Shown one piece after another: positions 39,058 through 49,104 of a stretch of 64,000 nucleotides of DNA. The DNA is taken from the IMG/VR virus record IMGVR_UViG_3300042327_000544, positions 22,980 through 86,979 of that record; one strand, written 5' to 3'. The notes under the pieces were generated by a model. The model did no database searches and was not told the origin of the DNA. It worked only from the letters and a program-made list of their open reading frames with translations. The stretch is from a virus. Both the position numbers and the translations under genes were made by a program. How positions within the stretch are numbered: position 1 is the first letter of the stretch; the number at the start of each line of letters is the position of its first letter.

Positions 39058-40404
39058 TTAAACGCTCAAATCGCCAAGTATAACCCAAGAATTAAGTGCT
39101 CGTTTAATAAGTGTAGCGCTGCTCCACTGTGCACGTAATTTTAATCCAGGAGTGGAATTTGGTGTAAATCCATCTCCTGCTATAGTAACCTGAGAGGTTC
39201 CTGTTTGTAATATATCTACAGAATATCCGACTGGGAACAAAACAGAGTCTGCTATTGTTACAGTTCCGCCTGCAGACATTTCAATAAGTCTTCCAGAATC
39301 TATTGGCGCAATAGTATAACTTGCGGATTTAGAGTTTATTGTTATTGCATCTTCAGATCTAACAGAAATTGATCCTGCCATTGATGAGTGGAATTGGCAG
39401 GCATAGTAAAGGTTATCTGGTGCACTTTGAGGAAGCTCTACTAGTATATGACCTGATTGTGCTCCTCCATTTGTTACTCCAGTTGAATATACATTTTCTA
39501 AGCTATAAGCACCTGATACTGTTTGAATCCAAAAAGGGTGTCCTGCGGCATTAACATGAATTCGATATTTTTTACCTTTTTCAAATGTAATAAGCCCATT
39601 AGATACTCCATTCACCAAATAGGATCCAGAACCAGAGTTGGTGACATAGTAATCAACAGAAGGTTCTGATATCGATAAATATGTCTCTGCTGCTGTGGAT
39701 GAATTTAATTTATTCCCTAAAGCTGTTGTAATTGTTGCAGCATAATTTGCATCATCACCAAGTGCTGCCGCAAGCTCATCCAGGGTGTTTAGTGCTGCTG
39801 GTGCACCTGTAAGTAAGGCATTTACCTGTGCTGTTGCATCTGCAATAGCTTCTGATTTGGCTGTAGCAATAGCTGTATTTCTATTTGTTACTTCTGTAGC
39901 AATAGCTGTATTTCTATTTGTTGCTTCAGTAGAAATTGCAGAAGTAATTTCTGTGTCTCTTGCAATTGTTGCTGGGATTTGAGAGTCTGGAACAAAACCA
40001 TTTAAATCAAGTTCTGCAACTCCCTCTGGGTTTCCCAATAAACTTACTGGAATATACCCGACAGATACTGTATCATCTAATGCAGCAATTGCTGCATCAA
40101 CATATAATTTGCTTGCAATAGTGCTGTCAACTGCAAGAGTGATTGTATTTGCAACATCGTTATAGGTTTTGGATACACCTGTTCCAGCAACTAATGCTGA
40201 GTCTATTGCATCTTGAGCAAGCTCTGTAATTTCACTTGGTATAACGCTTAAAAATGGAAGTACTGGCCATAAACTTGTTCCATTTCCAGCTTTTATTTTA
40301 TTTAGCGTTGTATCTAGACCTAGTTCTCCAGCTGCTAAAGGTCTTGTGGAAGAAGACCATTGAGATGAAGTACCTCTTCTAATTTTTATCGTTACTGATG
40401 GCAT
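39058..40404 (-). CDS. Tail fibre with Mtd_N-like N-terminal domain
   Basis: IKIRRGTSSQW...LAAGELGLDT..KIKAGNG; LNTLDELAAALGDD; cupredoxin-like HPF...YYACQFHSSM insert. Confidence 0.75.
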   Translation of the reverse strand: MPSVTIKIRRGTSSQWSSSTRPLAAGELGLDTTLNKIKAGNGTSLWPVLPFLSVIPSEITELAQDAIDSALVAGTGVSKTYNDVANTITLAVDSTIASKLYVDAAIAALDDTVSVGYIPVSLLGNPEGVAELDLNGFVPDSQIPATIARDTEITSAISTEATNRNTAIATEVTNRNTAIATAKSEAIADATAQVNALLTGAPAALNTLDELAAALGDDANYAATITTALGNKLNSSTAAETYLSISEPSVDYYVTNSGSGSYLVNGVSNGLITFEKGKKYRIHVNAAGHPFWIQTVSGAYSLENVYSTGVTNGGAQSGHILVELPQSAPDNLYYACQFHSSMAGSISVRSEDAITINSKSASYTIAPIDSGRLIEMSAGGTVTIADSVLFPVGYSVDILQTGTSQVTIAGDGFTPNSTPGLKLRAQWSSATLIKRALNSWVILGDLSV

Positions 40405-40658
40405 TATGCAGCACCACCATCAACTATTCCTGGACTTGGAACTTCAACTGATTCTACAGAATAGACTGCTCCATCATATGTATGAATATGATCTAGAAGT
40501 CCAGTTATTACTCCTCCGCCAACTGAGTGCCAAAGGGAGCCATCGTGAAATTTTAATTCTTCGTCTACCGTATTATAATAAACATCTCCCATGCGGGCTT
40601 GAGATGGATCTGTTGCTAGTGCTACTGCGTGTAAGGGAACTAATCTTTGAACTGACAT
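40404..40658 (-). CDS. Small virion protein
   Basis: GDVYYNT repeat shared with neighbours. Confidence 0.6.
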   Translation of the reverse strand: MSVQRLVPLHAVALATDPSQARMGDVYYNTVDEELKFHDGSLWHSVGGGVITGLLDHIHTYDGAVYSVESVEVPSPGIVDGGAA

Positions 40659-40669
40659 TTAAAACTCCC

Positions 40670-42058
40670 TTATCCAGTAATTACGACTCTGTAGGCTCCA
40701 CTTGCAGGCGCTGTTGCAAATCTTAGTGTAATTGTGTTTGCTGATGTACGCTCTACATCTGTTTCAACTAAAGCTTTTAGCCCTGCTGTTTCAAAAACTT
40801 GAACAGTAACATCATCTGATCCTAAATTGTGTGTTATAACAAGCGCTGATAATTCTGAAGGGTTAGCAAGATTTTCTGCGTACTTTCTTGCAATTGCATG
40901 ATAGTTTGTTCCATTATTTGTAAGTGTCCAGTTATCGCTTGTCTCATTCCATAGGATTTCAACATCTGCGCCATCGCCACGCTCTACACGAATACCAGCA
41001 TCTGCTGTTGGTGTTCCAGTAAAATCGGTATTAAGATTAATCTTATTATCAACAATATTTACCTGTGTAGTATTTACTGAGTTTATTGTTCCAGCTACGT
41101 TTAGGTTTCCGCCTACTGTTAAGTTATTTGTAATGCTTACATCATCTGGAAGACCAATTGTTACTGTTGTGCCTTCTCCTGCTGTAGGGCTTACTGTTAC
41201 TTCATTAGCTGTTCCTGTAATGTTTGCAACATAATCACCCGTTGTTTGGCTTCCAAGGTTTACATTCTTAACACTTACTGCACCGTCTGTTACGGTAAAA
41301 TCTGTTGTAGCAAAAGAAGCAACACCACGGTTTGTAGTTGTTGCAATTTCTGCATCTACTGTTAGAGTTCCTGCTGCATCATCGTATGTTACATCGATGC
41401 CTTCGCCTGCAACAATTTGTCCGCCAACAATATCTTGTACACGCTCAGCATTTAATGTTACTGCGCCTGATGTTACTGTAAAGTCTGTTGCGTCAAAGCT
41501 TGCAACACCCTTATTAGTTGAAGTTGCATCTTCTGCTGATACTGTAACTGTATTATTTGTTACAGCTACGTCAATTCCTTCTCCGCCAGCAACAGTTAAT
41601 GTGTCAGTTAATAGATTAACTGTATCTGTTCCAGTGTCTCCTGCTATTGAAAGGTTTGTTGCTACGTCTGTTTCGCTTGCTGCGGTTAAACGACCTTGTG
41701 CATCTACGGTAAATGTTGGGATCTTTGTTGTTGAACCGTATGAGCCAGCAGTTACTGCAGTGTTATCTAAATCTATTGTTGTTGTGCCTGCTGCATCGTT
41801 GTATGTTGATGTTAGGCCAACTCCGCCAACGATTGCTGAACCAATTACATCTTGAATGACCTCTGTAGAACCAGACATTGGCATCCATGGACCATTTGGA
41901 GAGGCAAGTCCATTGTAGTAGTACATTGTATTATTGCTTGAGTCATAATAAATCTGACCCGCTACTGGATTGGATGGTGCTGAACTTAAATTCTGAATTC
42001 TTGCATTGAGCAGCTCATTCTTGTTGAGGTCAATGTTGGTTACAAATAATCTTGCCAT
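40670..42058 (-). CDS. Tail fibre protein
   Basis: VTAGSYG..VDAQGRLTAA; ATxTNxGVASF repeats; C-terminal THNLG domain. Confidence 0.75.
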   Translation of the reverse strand: MARLFVTNIDLNKNELLNARIQNLSSAPSNPVAGQIYYDSSNNTMYYYNGLASPNGPWMPMSGSTEVIQDVIGSAIVGGVGLTSTYNDAAGTTTIDLDNTAVTAGSYGSTTKIPTFTVDAQGRLTAASETDVATNLSIAGDTGTDTVNLLTDTLTVAGGEGIDVAVTNNTVTVSAEDATSTNKGVASFDATDFTVTSGAVTLNAERVQDIVGGQIVAGEGIDVTYDDAAGTLTVDAEIATTTNRGVASFATTDFTVTDGAVSVKNVNLGSQTTGDYVANITGTANEVTVSPTAGEGTTVTIGLPDDVSITNNLTVGGNLNVAGTINSVNTTQVNIVDNKINLNTDFTGTPTADAGIRVERGDGADVEILWNETSDNWTLTNNGTNYHAIARKYAENLANPSELSALVITHNLGSDDVTVQVFETAGLKALVETDVERTSANTITLRFATAPASGAYRVVITG

Positions 42059-42072
42059 TTTTTATTCTCCTT

Positions 42073-42516
42073 TTAGGACAGGTACGCTGTCCCTGAAAAT
42101 GGTTGTGCCATTGTCAGTGTAATCTGGTTAATACTATTATAGTCTATTCCTGTTTCTAATATGTCGCCTGCAGAATTTTTGATAGTCACATTTGGATTGT
42201 ATCCTAAATTATGTGTTATCTGGAGGCTATATATTCCATTTACTGGACCTGTTACCTGATTGATTAACCAAGGGTAAGTCAATGTTCCAGCTGTTAGAAG
42301 GTAGTTTGCTGCTCCGACCCATGTAAAGTCTGAAGGCTTTGGACCATAAAATCTTGTTGTGTTTTTGTCATAATAAAAATCGCCTTCAAGACCTAGTGTT
42401 TCTGATGGGGCACCTAGGCCATTTAATATTGTTTTTCCTCTTGGTCCTTGTGGGCCAGGGCTAGAAATAACTACATCGTTTACGACTTCTGTTACTATTA
42501 CTTTTTCTACTGTCAT
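42073..42516 (-). CDS. Minor tail protein (short collagen motif, THNLG domain)
   Basis: PGPQGPRG, GDFYYD, ITHNLGYNP. Confidence 0.65.
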   Translation of the reverse strand: MTVEKVIVTEVVNDVVISSPGPQGPRGKTILNGLGAPSETLGLEGDFYYDKNTTRFYGPKPSDFTWVGAANYLLTAGTLTYPWLINQVTGPVNGIYSLQITHNLGYNPNVTIKNSAGDILETGIDYNSINQITLTMAQPFSGTAYLS

Positions 42517-42866
42517 ACTGTCACCGACCTACTTAGTGCTAAAAAGCCTTCAAGTAATTTTATTTTATTCCCGTTGCTATCTGTCACCATAAGATCATAG
42601 GCTGATTTAGGATAGAATAACTTGTTTGTCTGCGCCGCCGTCATTTTAATGGTTAGCTTTCCAGCAGTTGGGTCTATTGAAATTCCATCTGACAGATTAG
42701 GGGTATTTAGAGTAAACGCTAATTTTGTTCCACCTTTTGTGTCACGAACCTGCATTTTTGCGGAGGCTCCCACTAGACTTATTGGTAAGTTTTGGTTGTC
42801 TCTGTATTCTACAACAAAAGAAAATGTTGCATTTTGGTCTACTTCAAAATTTTTAACTGCTGACAT
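42513..42866 (-). CDS. Baseplate/fibre attachment Ig-like protein (BppU/LtfC-like)
   Basis: VDQNATF, AKMQVR, AYDL...KLLEG pattern. Confidence 0.6.
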   Translation of the reverse strand: MSAVKNFEVDQNATFSFVVEYRDNQNLPISLVGASAKMQVRDTKGGTKLAFTLNTPNLSDGISIDPTAGKLTIKMTAAQTNKLFYPKSAYDLMVTDSNGNKIKLLEGFLALSRSVTV

Positions 42867-42934
42867 AACATCTCCTAAAATAGGAAAACTCCTGTACTTA
42901 TTTTAGCACAGGAGCGATCCTAATTGAATAACAA

Positions 42935-43177
42935 TTACTTGCTTGTAAAACCAAATTCCTTGTTGCTTGGGCTTAAAGCCTTTAGAATAACTGGAGCAAT
43001 TGCTGCTACTCCAGCCGCAATTAAGTCCTTTGGATTTGTGTTCCCAGTCATGTATAGAGCTGTGGCTGCTGCCAAGAATGCTCTTCCATAAGTTCCAATT
43101 GCTGCTAAAATTTGTTCTTGCATTGTTACTTTCCCATCTTTGTTTAAATCAGCCTTATCAAATTTTTTGATAGCCAT
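42935..43177 (-). CDS. Holin-like protein with N-terminal EF-hand loop
   Basis: Two hydrophobic helices (YGRAFLAAATALY; AAIAPVILKAL.P...FG); DLNKDGKVTMQE. Confidence 0.6.
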   Translation of the reverse strand: MAIKKFDKADLNKDGKVTMQEQILAAIGTYGRAFLAAATALYMTGNTNPKDLIAAGVAAIAPVILKALSPSNKEFGFTSK

Positions 43178-43246
43178 TTTATCATCTCCATTTTGAGCGG
43201 GGTGCCCAGAATTTTGGGGACTAGCCCCAATACTACAATTCTACCA

Positions 43247-45181
43247 CTAAGCTGAAATATCTACAAGTTCGCAGTTTCCGTCTGAGCTGCAGGCAAGCGT
43301 AGCATTAGTAGAAGTTCCGTCTTCTGTCTCGTAAAAGGACAAATCTTCCCAACGAATTTCGGCTGGCATCTTTGCAACAAGTGCATCGTATTCAGCCTTA
43401 TCTACTTCTTGATATGGAGCCTGCTTGTATGAGTGATCTGAGTGTGGCAAGAATGAAATTCCAGACACCTCGTCAAAATGCTTATATACCCAAGCTCCAA
43501 CTTCCATCCATTCATCTTCTTTTACAGATACTGTAATTGATGGCTTATGCTCACACCATGCACGTTGGTAAACCAACCAAATGTTAAGGTGCTCAACAGC
43601 TGTTAGATCATTTCTGACAATTGCACCCTCTGGTGCCTTTACTGGGAATGAAAATACGTATGTATCGTTTGGCTTCATTACATCATCTTCTACTGGAATC
43701 CCCACCTCTTTAAGGAAGGTAGAAATTGGATCTCCCTTTGAACCACGAACAGTTCTAATATAGTATGGAGAATGCCAAGCATGCATTCCTGAAGATACCC
43801 CGACCAATTGAGATACTGTTCCAGAAGGCTTTACACAAGTAATAGCGGCAGACTCAGGAATCCCAATTTTCCCAGCCTCTTCTTTATTCTTTGCTCTTGC
43901 TGCTTCTCTAAGGGTCATCAAGAATGACTCTAGTGCAACCAAATCTTGTTTGCCTGACATAAACTTATGCCCAAACTGTCCAGTCAAAGAAACTCCTAGT
44001 AAGCGTTCCTCTTCTGTGTTATCTTTCCAAATCTTACGCAGATACTTAAAGTCTGTAAGAGTAGACTGCCAGGTTCCAAGAATAGTTGCTAGTTCTACTT
44101 TACGTTCAATATCTTTCTTTGTATCATTTTCACGTAGTACGACTTCTGAAAGATTACAAAACTGGTAAGGACGTAGAATAATCTCTGAACACGGGTTAGT
44201 TCCATAGTGTATATCTGGATCTCTTCTTCCATACTTGGCTGCTTGGGCTTGAGCTGCGGCCACATTGTATATGCCTCGTTCTCCTGATTTTGAATCATAT
44301 AGCGACTTCCATTCTGCAATAAACTGCTCCATCTCTGGCTTGCGTGAATACGCAACAGAGTTATTAGACAAGGCACGTTGTGGGCTTGCTTCCCACCAGT
44401 TACCTGACTTTGCCTGCGCCATTTCAATATCATTAATATTAGAAAGAGAAATCATTGCTGAGCGACGAACTCCTCCTACAACAACTACTTCACCAATCTT
44501 GCACATAATGTCGTGGCATTCGATTGGCTTTAGGTTTCTTCCTGTAGCATTCTTAAACTTTGCAATTGTAAAATCAAACAAGTTAATAAGTGGCTGTGGG
44601 CCTGAAGATCTTCCACCCATTGTCTTAAGTCTTGCTCCTGCTGGTCTTACCTTAGAAACATCAATTGCTGGAATCTGTCCAGACCAAAGTAGTGCTAGCA
44701 ACTCACGGTATGCTTTAGCCCAGCCCTGCTTTGAGTCTTCTACTGTAATAACTGTAGTTGACTTCTCTAAAGTTTCTGGGACGGCAGGAAGCTTATTGAT
44801 GTACTTATACTCAACAGAGAATCCTACACCTGTACCGCACATAAGGATATACATAGTCTCATCAAATGAACGTGGTGAATCAACTGGTAAGAAAGCACAG
44901 TTATATCCAGCTACATTATCTCTTTCCAATGCTGCTCCTGAAGTCATAACAGAACGCATTGATGGCATAACATTTCGTTCAAAGACGAACTCTTTTAATT
45001 CCGCAACAAGCTTCTCATTTGGAATATAATTATGGTTCTTTTCTAGATGGCCAAGCATGAAGTTAAAATATCTATCTACTGTTTCGCCCCAAGTCTCACG
45101 ACGATTATCTTCTGATATCCATCTTGCATATCTTGATAACGCAATGAAATTTTCGTATGGGTTTGCAATAGTCTTAGACAT
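43247..45181 (-). CDS. nrdJ: Class II (adenosylcobalamin-dependent) ribonucleotide reductase, monomeric RTPR type
   Basis: YNC, GGVRRSA, TNPCSEI, FCNLSE, TCVKPSGTVS, C-terminal ACSSDGNCE; no small-subunit gene nearby. Confidence 0.93.
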   Translation of the reverse strand: MSKTIANPYENFIALSRYARWISEDNRRETWGETVDRYFNFMLGHLEKNHNYIPNEKLVAELKEFVFERNVMPSMRSVMTSGAALERDNVAGYNCAFLPVDSPRSFDETMYILMCGTGVGFSVEYKYINKLPAVPETLEKSTTVITVEDSKQGWAKAYRELLALLWSGQIPAIDVSKVRPAGARLKTMGGRSSGPQPLINLFDFTIAKFKNATGRNLKPIECHDIMCKIGEVVVVGGVRRSAMISLSNINDIEMAQAKSGNWWEASPQRALSNNSVAYSRKPEMEQFIAEWKSLYDSKSGERGIYNVAAAQAQAAKYGRRDPDIHYGTNPCSEIILRPYQFCNLSEVVLRENDTKKDIERKVELATILGTWQSTLTDFKYLRKIWKDNTEEERLLGVSLTGQFGHKFMSGKQDLVALESFLMTLREAARAKNKEEAGKIGIPESAAITCVKPSGTVSQLVGVSSGMHAWHSPYYIRTVRGSKGDPISTFLKEVGIPVEDDVMKPNDTYVFSFPVKAPEGAIVRNDLTAVEHLNIWLVYQRAWCEHKPSITVSVKEDEWMEVGAWVYKHFDEVSGISFLPHSDHSYKQAPYQEVDKAEYDALVAKMPAEIRWEDLSFYETEDGTSTNATLACSSDGNCELVDISA

Positions 45182-45269
45182 TTTATAATACCTTTTTCTC
45201 CGCCTGGCGGTTAATTTAAATTTAGTGTGAAGATCCTATTCTACCAAAGAACGCTTAAAAGGGGAAGTC

Positions 45270-46271
45270 CTAAGAAAACTTTTCTACTAAATGCTCAAAA
45301 GCTTTCTTAGTCAACTGATCCCAATTATAATCTTCATGTATTTTATCTGCTTGAGCAAAATAATATCCAGAGTAACCTTTATAATCAATAGATACATCAC
45401 GCATTAACTCTTCTAGATGTTTTGCATCTGGTTTAAACATCTTTCCAATATATTCATCTCCAACTGATTTGGGTAAAGTCTCATCTGTAAGTTTAGATTT
45501 TAATTTGAGTGGTCCCATGTAGTCCACATAGTGAGACCAATCATATGTTGATATAACTGGCATACCTGTTGCTAAACCTTGAAGCGGTATAAAGCCAAAC
45601 CCTTCGCCCCAAGTAGGATACAGCAAAACATGGTGGCTGTGATACAAAGAAACAAGATCTTCTTCACTGTATTCATCTGTAATTAAAGATATGTTGCTGT
45701 ATGCCATCTCTGGACTCATAAACTGATTATATTTATCATACACTCTAGTAGTATTAGATATGTGCGCTTTAATTGTTAAATGGTAATCTGGGTTTCCGCC
45801 AAATAGTTTAATAAAGGTATCTACTACTAACTGTCCATCTTTTCTAGGAGATGGTTCCCCTATGTGTAAAAATTTAAGTGGTTGTCCTTCTCGAATAGCT
45901 CTGCGTTTTGGTTTCCAAATACTTTCTATACCGTGTGGGTAAACATATATTGGCTTTGTAATACCATTGTCTTTAAATACTTGTGCACACCAATTAGATG
46001 TCGCCCAAACTTCATCACATGCATTAAATCTTTCAACCCAGTCGGGGCGCATGGATGTTGATTCCCATGGAGTGTATCCTATTTGATATTGTTTTCTATG
46101 TAATTTAAAATGGTGTGGCTGAGTAAAGTTTAATTGAATAGTAGATTTAGGATTAGCAAAAGATACAACATGCCCTAGATTATTTAATGATTTAACAATA
46201 TTTTTTCCCGCATATCCAAAGCCAACCGCAGGGTTTAGCCCCGCTTGAATAGTATAATAAGATATATTCAT
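45270..46271 (-). CDS. GT-B glycosyltransferase (GT4-like)
   Basis: IGYTPWE, PRKDG, YPTWGEGFGFIPLQGLATGMPVI. Confidence 0.88.
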   Translation of the reverse strand: MNISYYTIQAGLNPAVGFGYAGKNIVKSLNNLGHVVSFANPKSTIQLNFTQPHHFKLHRKQYQIGYTPWESTSMRPDWVERFNACDEVWATSNWCAQVFKDNGITKPIYVYPHGIESIWKPKRRAIREGQPLKFLHIGEPSPRKDGQLVVDTFIKLFGGNPDYHLTIKAHISNTTRVYDKYNQFMSPEMAYSNISLITDEYSEEDLVSLYHSHHVLLYPTWGEGFGFIPLQGLATGMPVISTYDWSHYVDYMGPLKLKSKLTDETLPKSVGDEYIGKMFKPDAKHLEELMRDVSIDYKGYSGYYFAQADKIHEDYNWDQLTKKAFEHLVEKFS

Positions 46272-46293
46272 GTTTTCTTTCTAGTTGACTGGC

Positions 46294-46323
46294 TTGACAG
46301 GCTTATCCTATCAATGTTATGAT
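46294..46323 (+). promoter_or_regulatory. Sigma-A type promoter
   Basis: TTGACA-N18-TATGAT with TG extension. Confidence 0.65.
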
Positions 46324-46356
46324 TGTAGTTCGTTATCTCTAGAGGAGGAAATGCCA

Positions 46357-46908
46357 ATGGAGAAAATAAAACAACAGGTTAGTGATTTGGCTCATAATCT
46401 GGTTACAATAGTAATGATAACATTATTTATGTTTCCAGTCCAGCCCGCACAAGCCTTAGTAGTAAAACCTTTAGTGAAAACTGAAGCCCAACTAAAGCAA
46501 GAAGTCTTAGATAAGTTCAGTAAAGAAATTTACAAGCCATCTGAGATGCTTACAGACGAAGAGTTGCTATTGCTACTTAAGACTGTAGGATTCGAAGGAG
46601 TAGGCCTTAAAAAAGCTTGGTCCATAGCAAAGCGTGAATCTAACGGAAGACCGCTTGCATATAACGGGGATAAGACAACTGGAGATAGTTCTTACGGAAT
46701 ATTCCAGATAAACATGATCGGAAATCTTGGTCCTGAAAGACTTGAGAAGTTCGACCTAAAGAGTAACAAAGAGTTATTCGACCCAGTAACAAACGCAGAG
46801 ATAACGTACTATATGACCAATGGCGGTCAGGATTGGTCCAGCTGGAAGGGTATGACCCCTAAAGCACAGGAATGGCTATTGCGATTCCCAACAACTGAAA
46901 AGAAGTAG
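46357..46908 (+). CDS. Lytic transglycosylase (SLT-like) with N-terminal signal/anchor
   Basis: AWSIAKRESNG (catalytic Glu), SYGIFQINM, DWSSW; start moved to the ATG after GAGGAGG. Confidence 0.85.
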   Translation: MEKIKQQVSDLAHNLVTIVMITLFMFPVQPAQALVVKPLVKTEAQLKQEVLDKFSKEIYKPSEMLTDEELLLLLKTVGFEGVGLKKAWSIAKRESNGRPLAYNGDKTTGDSSYGIFQINMIGNLGPERLEKFDLKSNKELFDPVTNAEITYYMTNGGQDWSSWKGMTPKAQEWLLRFPTTEKK

Positions 46909-46913
46909 GATAA

Positions 46914-47120
46914 ATGAAGATACAATATGTATCGAAATATATCTCTTTATCAAAAGAGAGCCTTGTTCCAGAGCTTTTATGCCCCCTGGATCAGGGCTCT
47001 CTTCAATGTAATTTGGATTTAGAGGATAACATCTATTTATACTGCCTGGCCTGTGATTACAAGAACTACATGGGTTTAGAGGTATACGAGAAATTAGTGA
47101 AAGAAGTCAACAATGTCTGA
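46914..47120 (+). CDS. Small zinc-finger-like protein
   Basis: CPLD...CLAC. Confidence 0.6.
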   Translation: MKIQYVSKYISLSKESLVPELLCPLDQGSLQCNLDLEDNIYLYCLACDYKNYMGLEVYEKLVKEVNNV

Positions 47121-47286
47121 ACATGGATGTAGTAATTGCAATTGTGGTCAAGGACTACAAATTGAAACAAAAAGTGCGTCGGCGGAAGAAGAGACCTTTT
47201 CTTCATATGAATTTGAATCAAGTGCCCTATTAGAGAAAGACTCTATGGGAAGAGAAATATTTTGGAACGATATGGGGAGACCATAA
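47113..47286 (+). CDS. Hypothetical protein (57 aa, not in track)
   Basis: MSEHGCSNCNCG...; coupled to both neighbours. Confidence 0.55.
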   Translation: MSEHGCSNCNCGQGLQIETKSASAEEETFSSYEFESSALLEKDSMGREIFWNDMGRP

Positions 47287-47492
47287 TGGAAGAAAAAGAA
47301 CCATCTAGAAATCTAGAAGACAACCTACCTATGGTGAATTATATAATGCTTCACCGTATTTACGATATGCTAACAATTATGGCAAATGGAGTAGATCCTG
47401 AAAAGACGGCTAAGATGATTGACTATCATGAGCAAGGATATCTACTTGGACCTGAGCCATCATTTACTCCGTCTGAAAATCCTGTCAACTAA
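47286..47492 (+). CDS. Hypothetical protein
   Basis: TAATG coupling. Confidence 0.65.
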   Translation: MEEKEPSRNLEDNLPMVNYIMLHRIYDMLTIMANGVDPEKTAKMIDYHEQGYLLGPEPSFTPSENPVN

Positions 47493-47497
47493 AATGC

Positions 47498-47526
47498 TTG
47501 ACATATAAAATATTCCATATTACAAT
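47498..47526 (+). promoter_or_regulatory. Near-consensus sigma-A promoter
   Basis: TTGACA-N17-TACAAT. Confidence 0.85.
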
Positions 47527-47531
47527 TAAGA

Positions 47532-47622
47532 TGTGTAGGTGACGGCAGCAATGTCTCCCTATATAACGTGTAGTAATACACTAGAAAAGCCCAATCGGAT
47601 CCGCCTCTGATTGGGTTTTTTT
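47532..47622 (+). ncRNA. Candidate ~90-nt small RNA
   Basis: Lies between a strong promoter and a terminator; two GNRA-capped hairpins; no ORF. Confidence 0.65.
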
Positions 47623-47819
47623 CTTATATAGACAATTAGGACATATAGTGCAATTAGTGCGAAAAAAAGTGCGCCGAAAATAGAAGCCCATCTTTCCCAT
47701 ATGTGATCATTCTAAAAATATGCCATATAAGGCCTCTACGGGGCCTCTAAGCCCTTAACGGGTCATATTTGGTATCTCCGATACAAAGACCCCAGAAAGG
47801 GCGGGAGATAAAAGATGAG

Positions 47820-48247
47820 CTATTTAATCTGTATTACAATACCCAGTACATAGGTAGTTATTAGGACCAATGGAATTAATATAAGTAATCTATATCTCTT
47901 CATGATCTATATCTTCATTTAGGTCAAAATCAAAGATTTCTTGCTGTCCCGCCCAATTTAAAAATTTAGACATAGCAAGACCTGAAAAGACTGCTGTCGC
48001 AGTTAGAGCAATTAAAGCATAGATCTTCTTCATTTGATATCCTTCCAGAATGCTATTAATAGAATCAATATAGGTCCAAATATAACTGTTGCTTGTAACC
48101 AACTCATTTACAGTTACAGTCTTTCTTTTTCATTTTCCACCACATCCATATGTGATGAATAGCCATTAAACCCATAAGAATCCACATTAGTTGCATTTCA
48201 GTTATTCCTGAACCTGTGGCTAATACTATATTCTCGTGATCGTGCAT
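47820..48247 (-). CDS. Run of four tiny hydrophobic ORFs (48104..48247, 48030..48107, 47890..48033, 47820..47903)
   Basis: Overlapping ATGA junctions; single TM segments; TGGTATAAT just upstream. Confidence 0.5.
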
Positions 48248-48267
48248 ATTATTATTATACCATAATC

Positions 48268-49104
48268 CTAGTCAACTGCTTTATTTCTTTCCTGTATAAT
48301 CTCCCAGACTAATTCATCTACAGGCCCATCTGATTGACTAACTACATCTGTCCCATTACTAAGTAAAATATCAGTTACACCCATTGCTTCTAATTCTAAT
48401 AACTTTTTCTTTATATCTTCTCTGCCGCCATAGATAGCCCATCTCTTGATTCTTATATGTGTAGAAAAACTATTTTCTAACTCATAGTGAGCTTCTTCAT
48501 ATGTATTCCTTATGACAATCTGAGCACTAACCATTACCCTCTTATAATTTGACAAAAATAGATCAGGATCTGCCAAGAAATCATCTAGCATTACTAATCC
48601 AATATCTGCATACTTAGCAGCTTTTAGGATAACCTCTTTATTTCTAGTACCTAGTAGGATAATTGGCTTTCTTCCCATTACATAGGTCTTAGAAAGTCTT
48701 TCCATCCATTCAGGAACAAATTCAAGTCTTCCTAGTGGAGTAGTTATGTCAGTATTTACTTCATAACTTCCTTCTGGAATAAGACCAATTTCATTTCCAC
48801 CCATTTCCCCAGAAACAACATTAAGCATCAATCTGTGTGGAGCAATTTCAGCAAATGCAGCTGCCATTTGATTTACAATCTGAGCAGTTTGCTGATATGG
48901 TCTAACTGCTATCATAAATTTAATTTTTTTACTAGGATCTACAATGTGAGCAGATTTTATCCAGTTGTCCGAGTTGCTACCTTTAGATGTTAAAAGAATT
49001 GAATCATACCCAAACTTTTCTTTATGAGCAAACATTCTTTTCATTGTAATTATACTTAGGGCTGCATCAGCCCTATTCATCCAGTGGTAAGTTACCATTA
49101 TCAT
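48268..49104 (-). CDS. Luciferase-like (LLM) flavin-dependent monooxygenase
   Basis: FGYDSILL, KIKFMIAVRP, RLMLNVVSG, LEAMGVTDILL (SsuD-like TIM barrel). Confidence 0.8.
   Translation of the reverse strand: MIMVTYHWMNRADAALSIITMKRMFAHKEKFGYDSILLTSKGSNSDNWIKSAHIVDPSKKIKFMIAVRPYQQTAQIVNQMAAAFAEIAPHRLMLNVVSGEMGGNEIGLIPEGSYEVNTDITTPLGRLEFVPEWMERLSKTYVMGRKPIILLGTRNKEVILKAAKYADIGLVMLDDFLADPDLFLSNYKRVMVSAQIVIRNTYEEAHYELENSFSTHIRIKRWAIYGGREDIKKKLLELEAMGVTDILLSNGTDVVSQSDGPVDELVWEIIQERNKAVD

Noticed and set aside
39860-39930. Exact 22-nt direct repeat
   Set aside because: Encodes a coiled-coil repeat (TNRNTAI) within a tail fibre.
357-45029. Many plus-strand ORFs in the track (e.g. 11694..12470, 41397..41855, 44265..45029)
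   Set aside because: Antisense shadows of well-supported minus-strand genes; no RBS or family motifs.
45182-45269. Cobalamin riboswitch or NrdR box upstream of nrdJ
   Set aside because: Leader too short, no B12 box, only a partial NrdR-like match.
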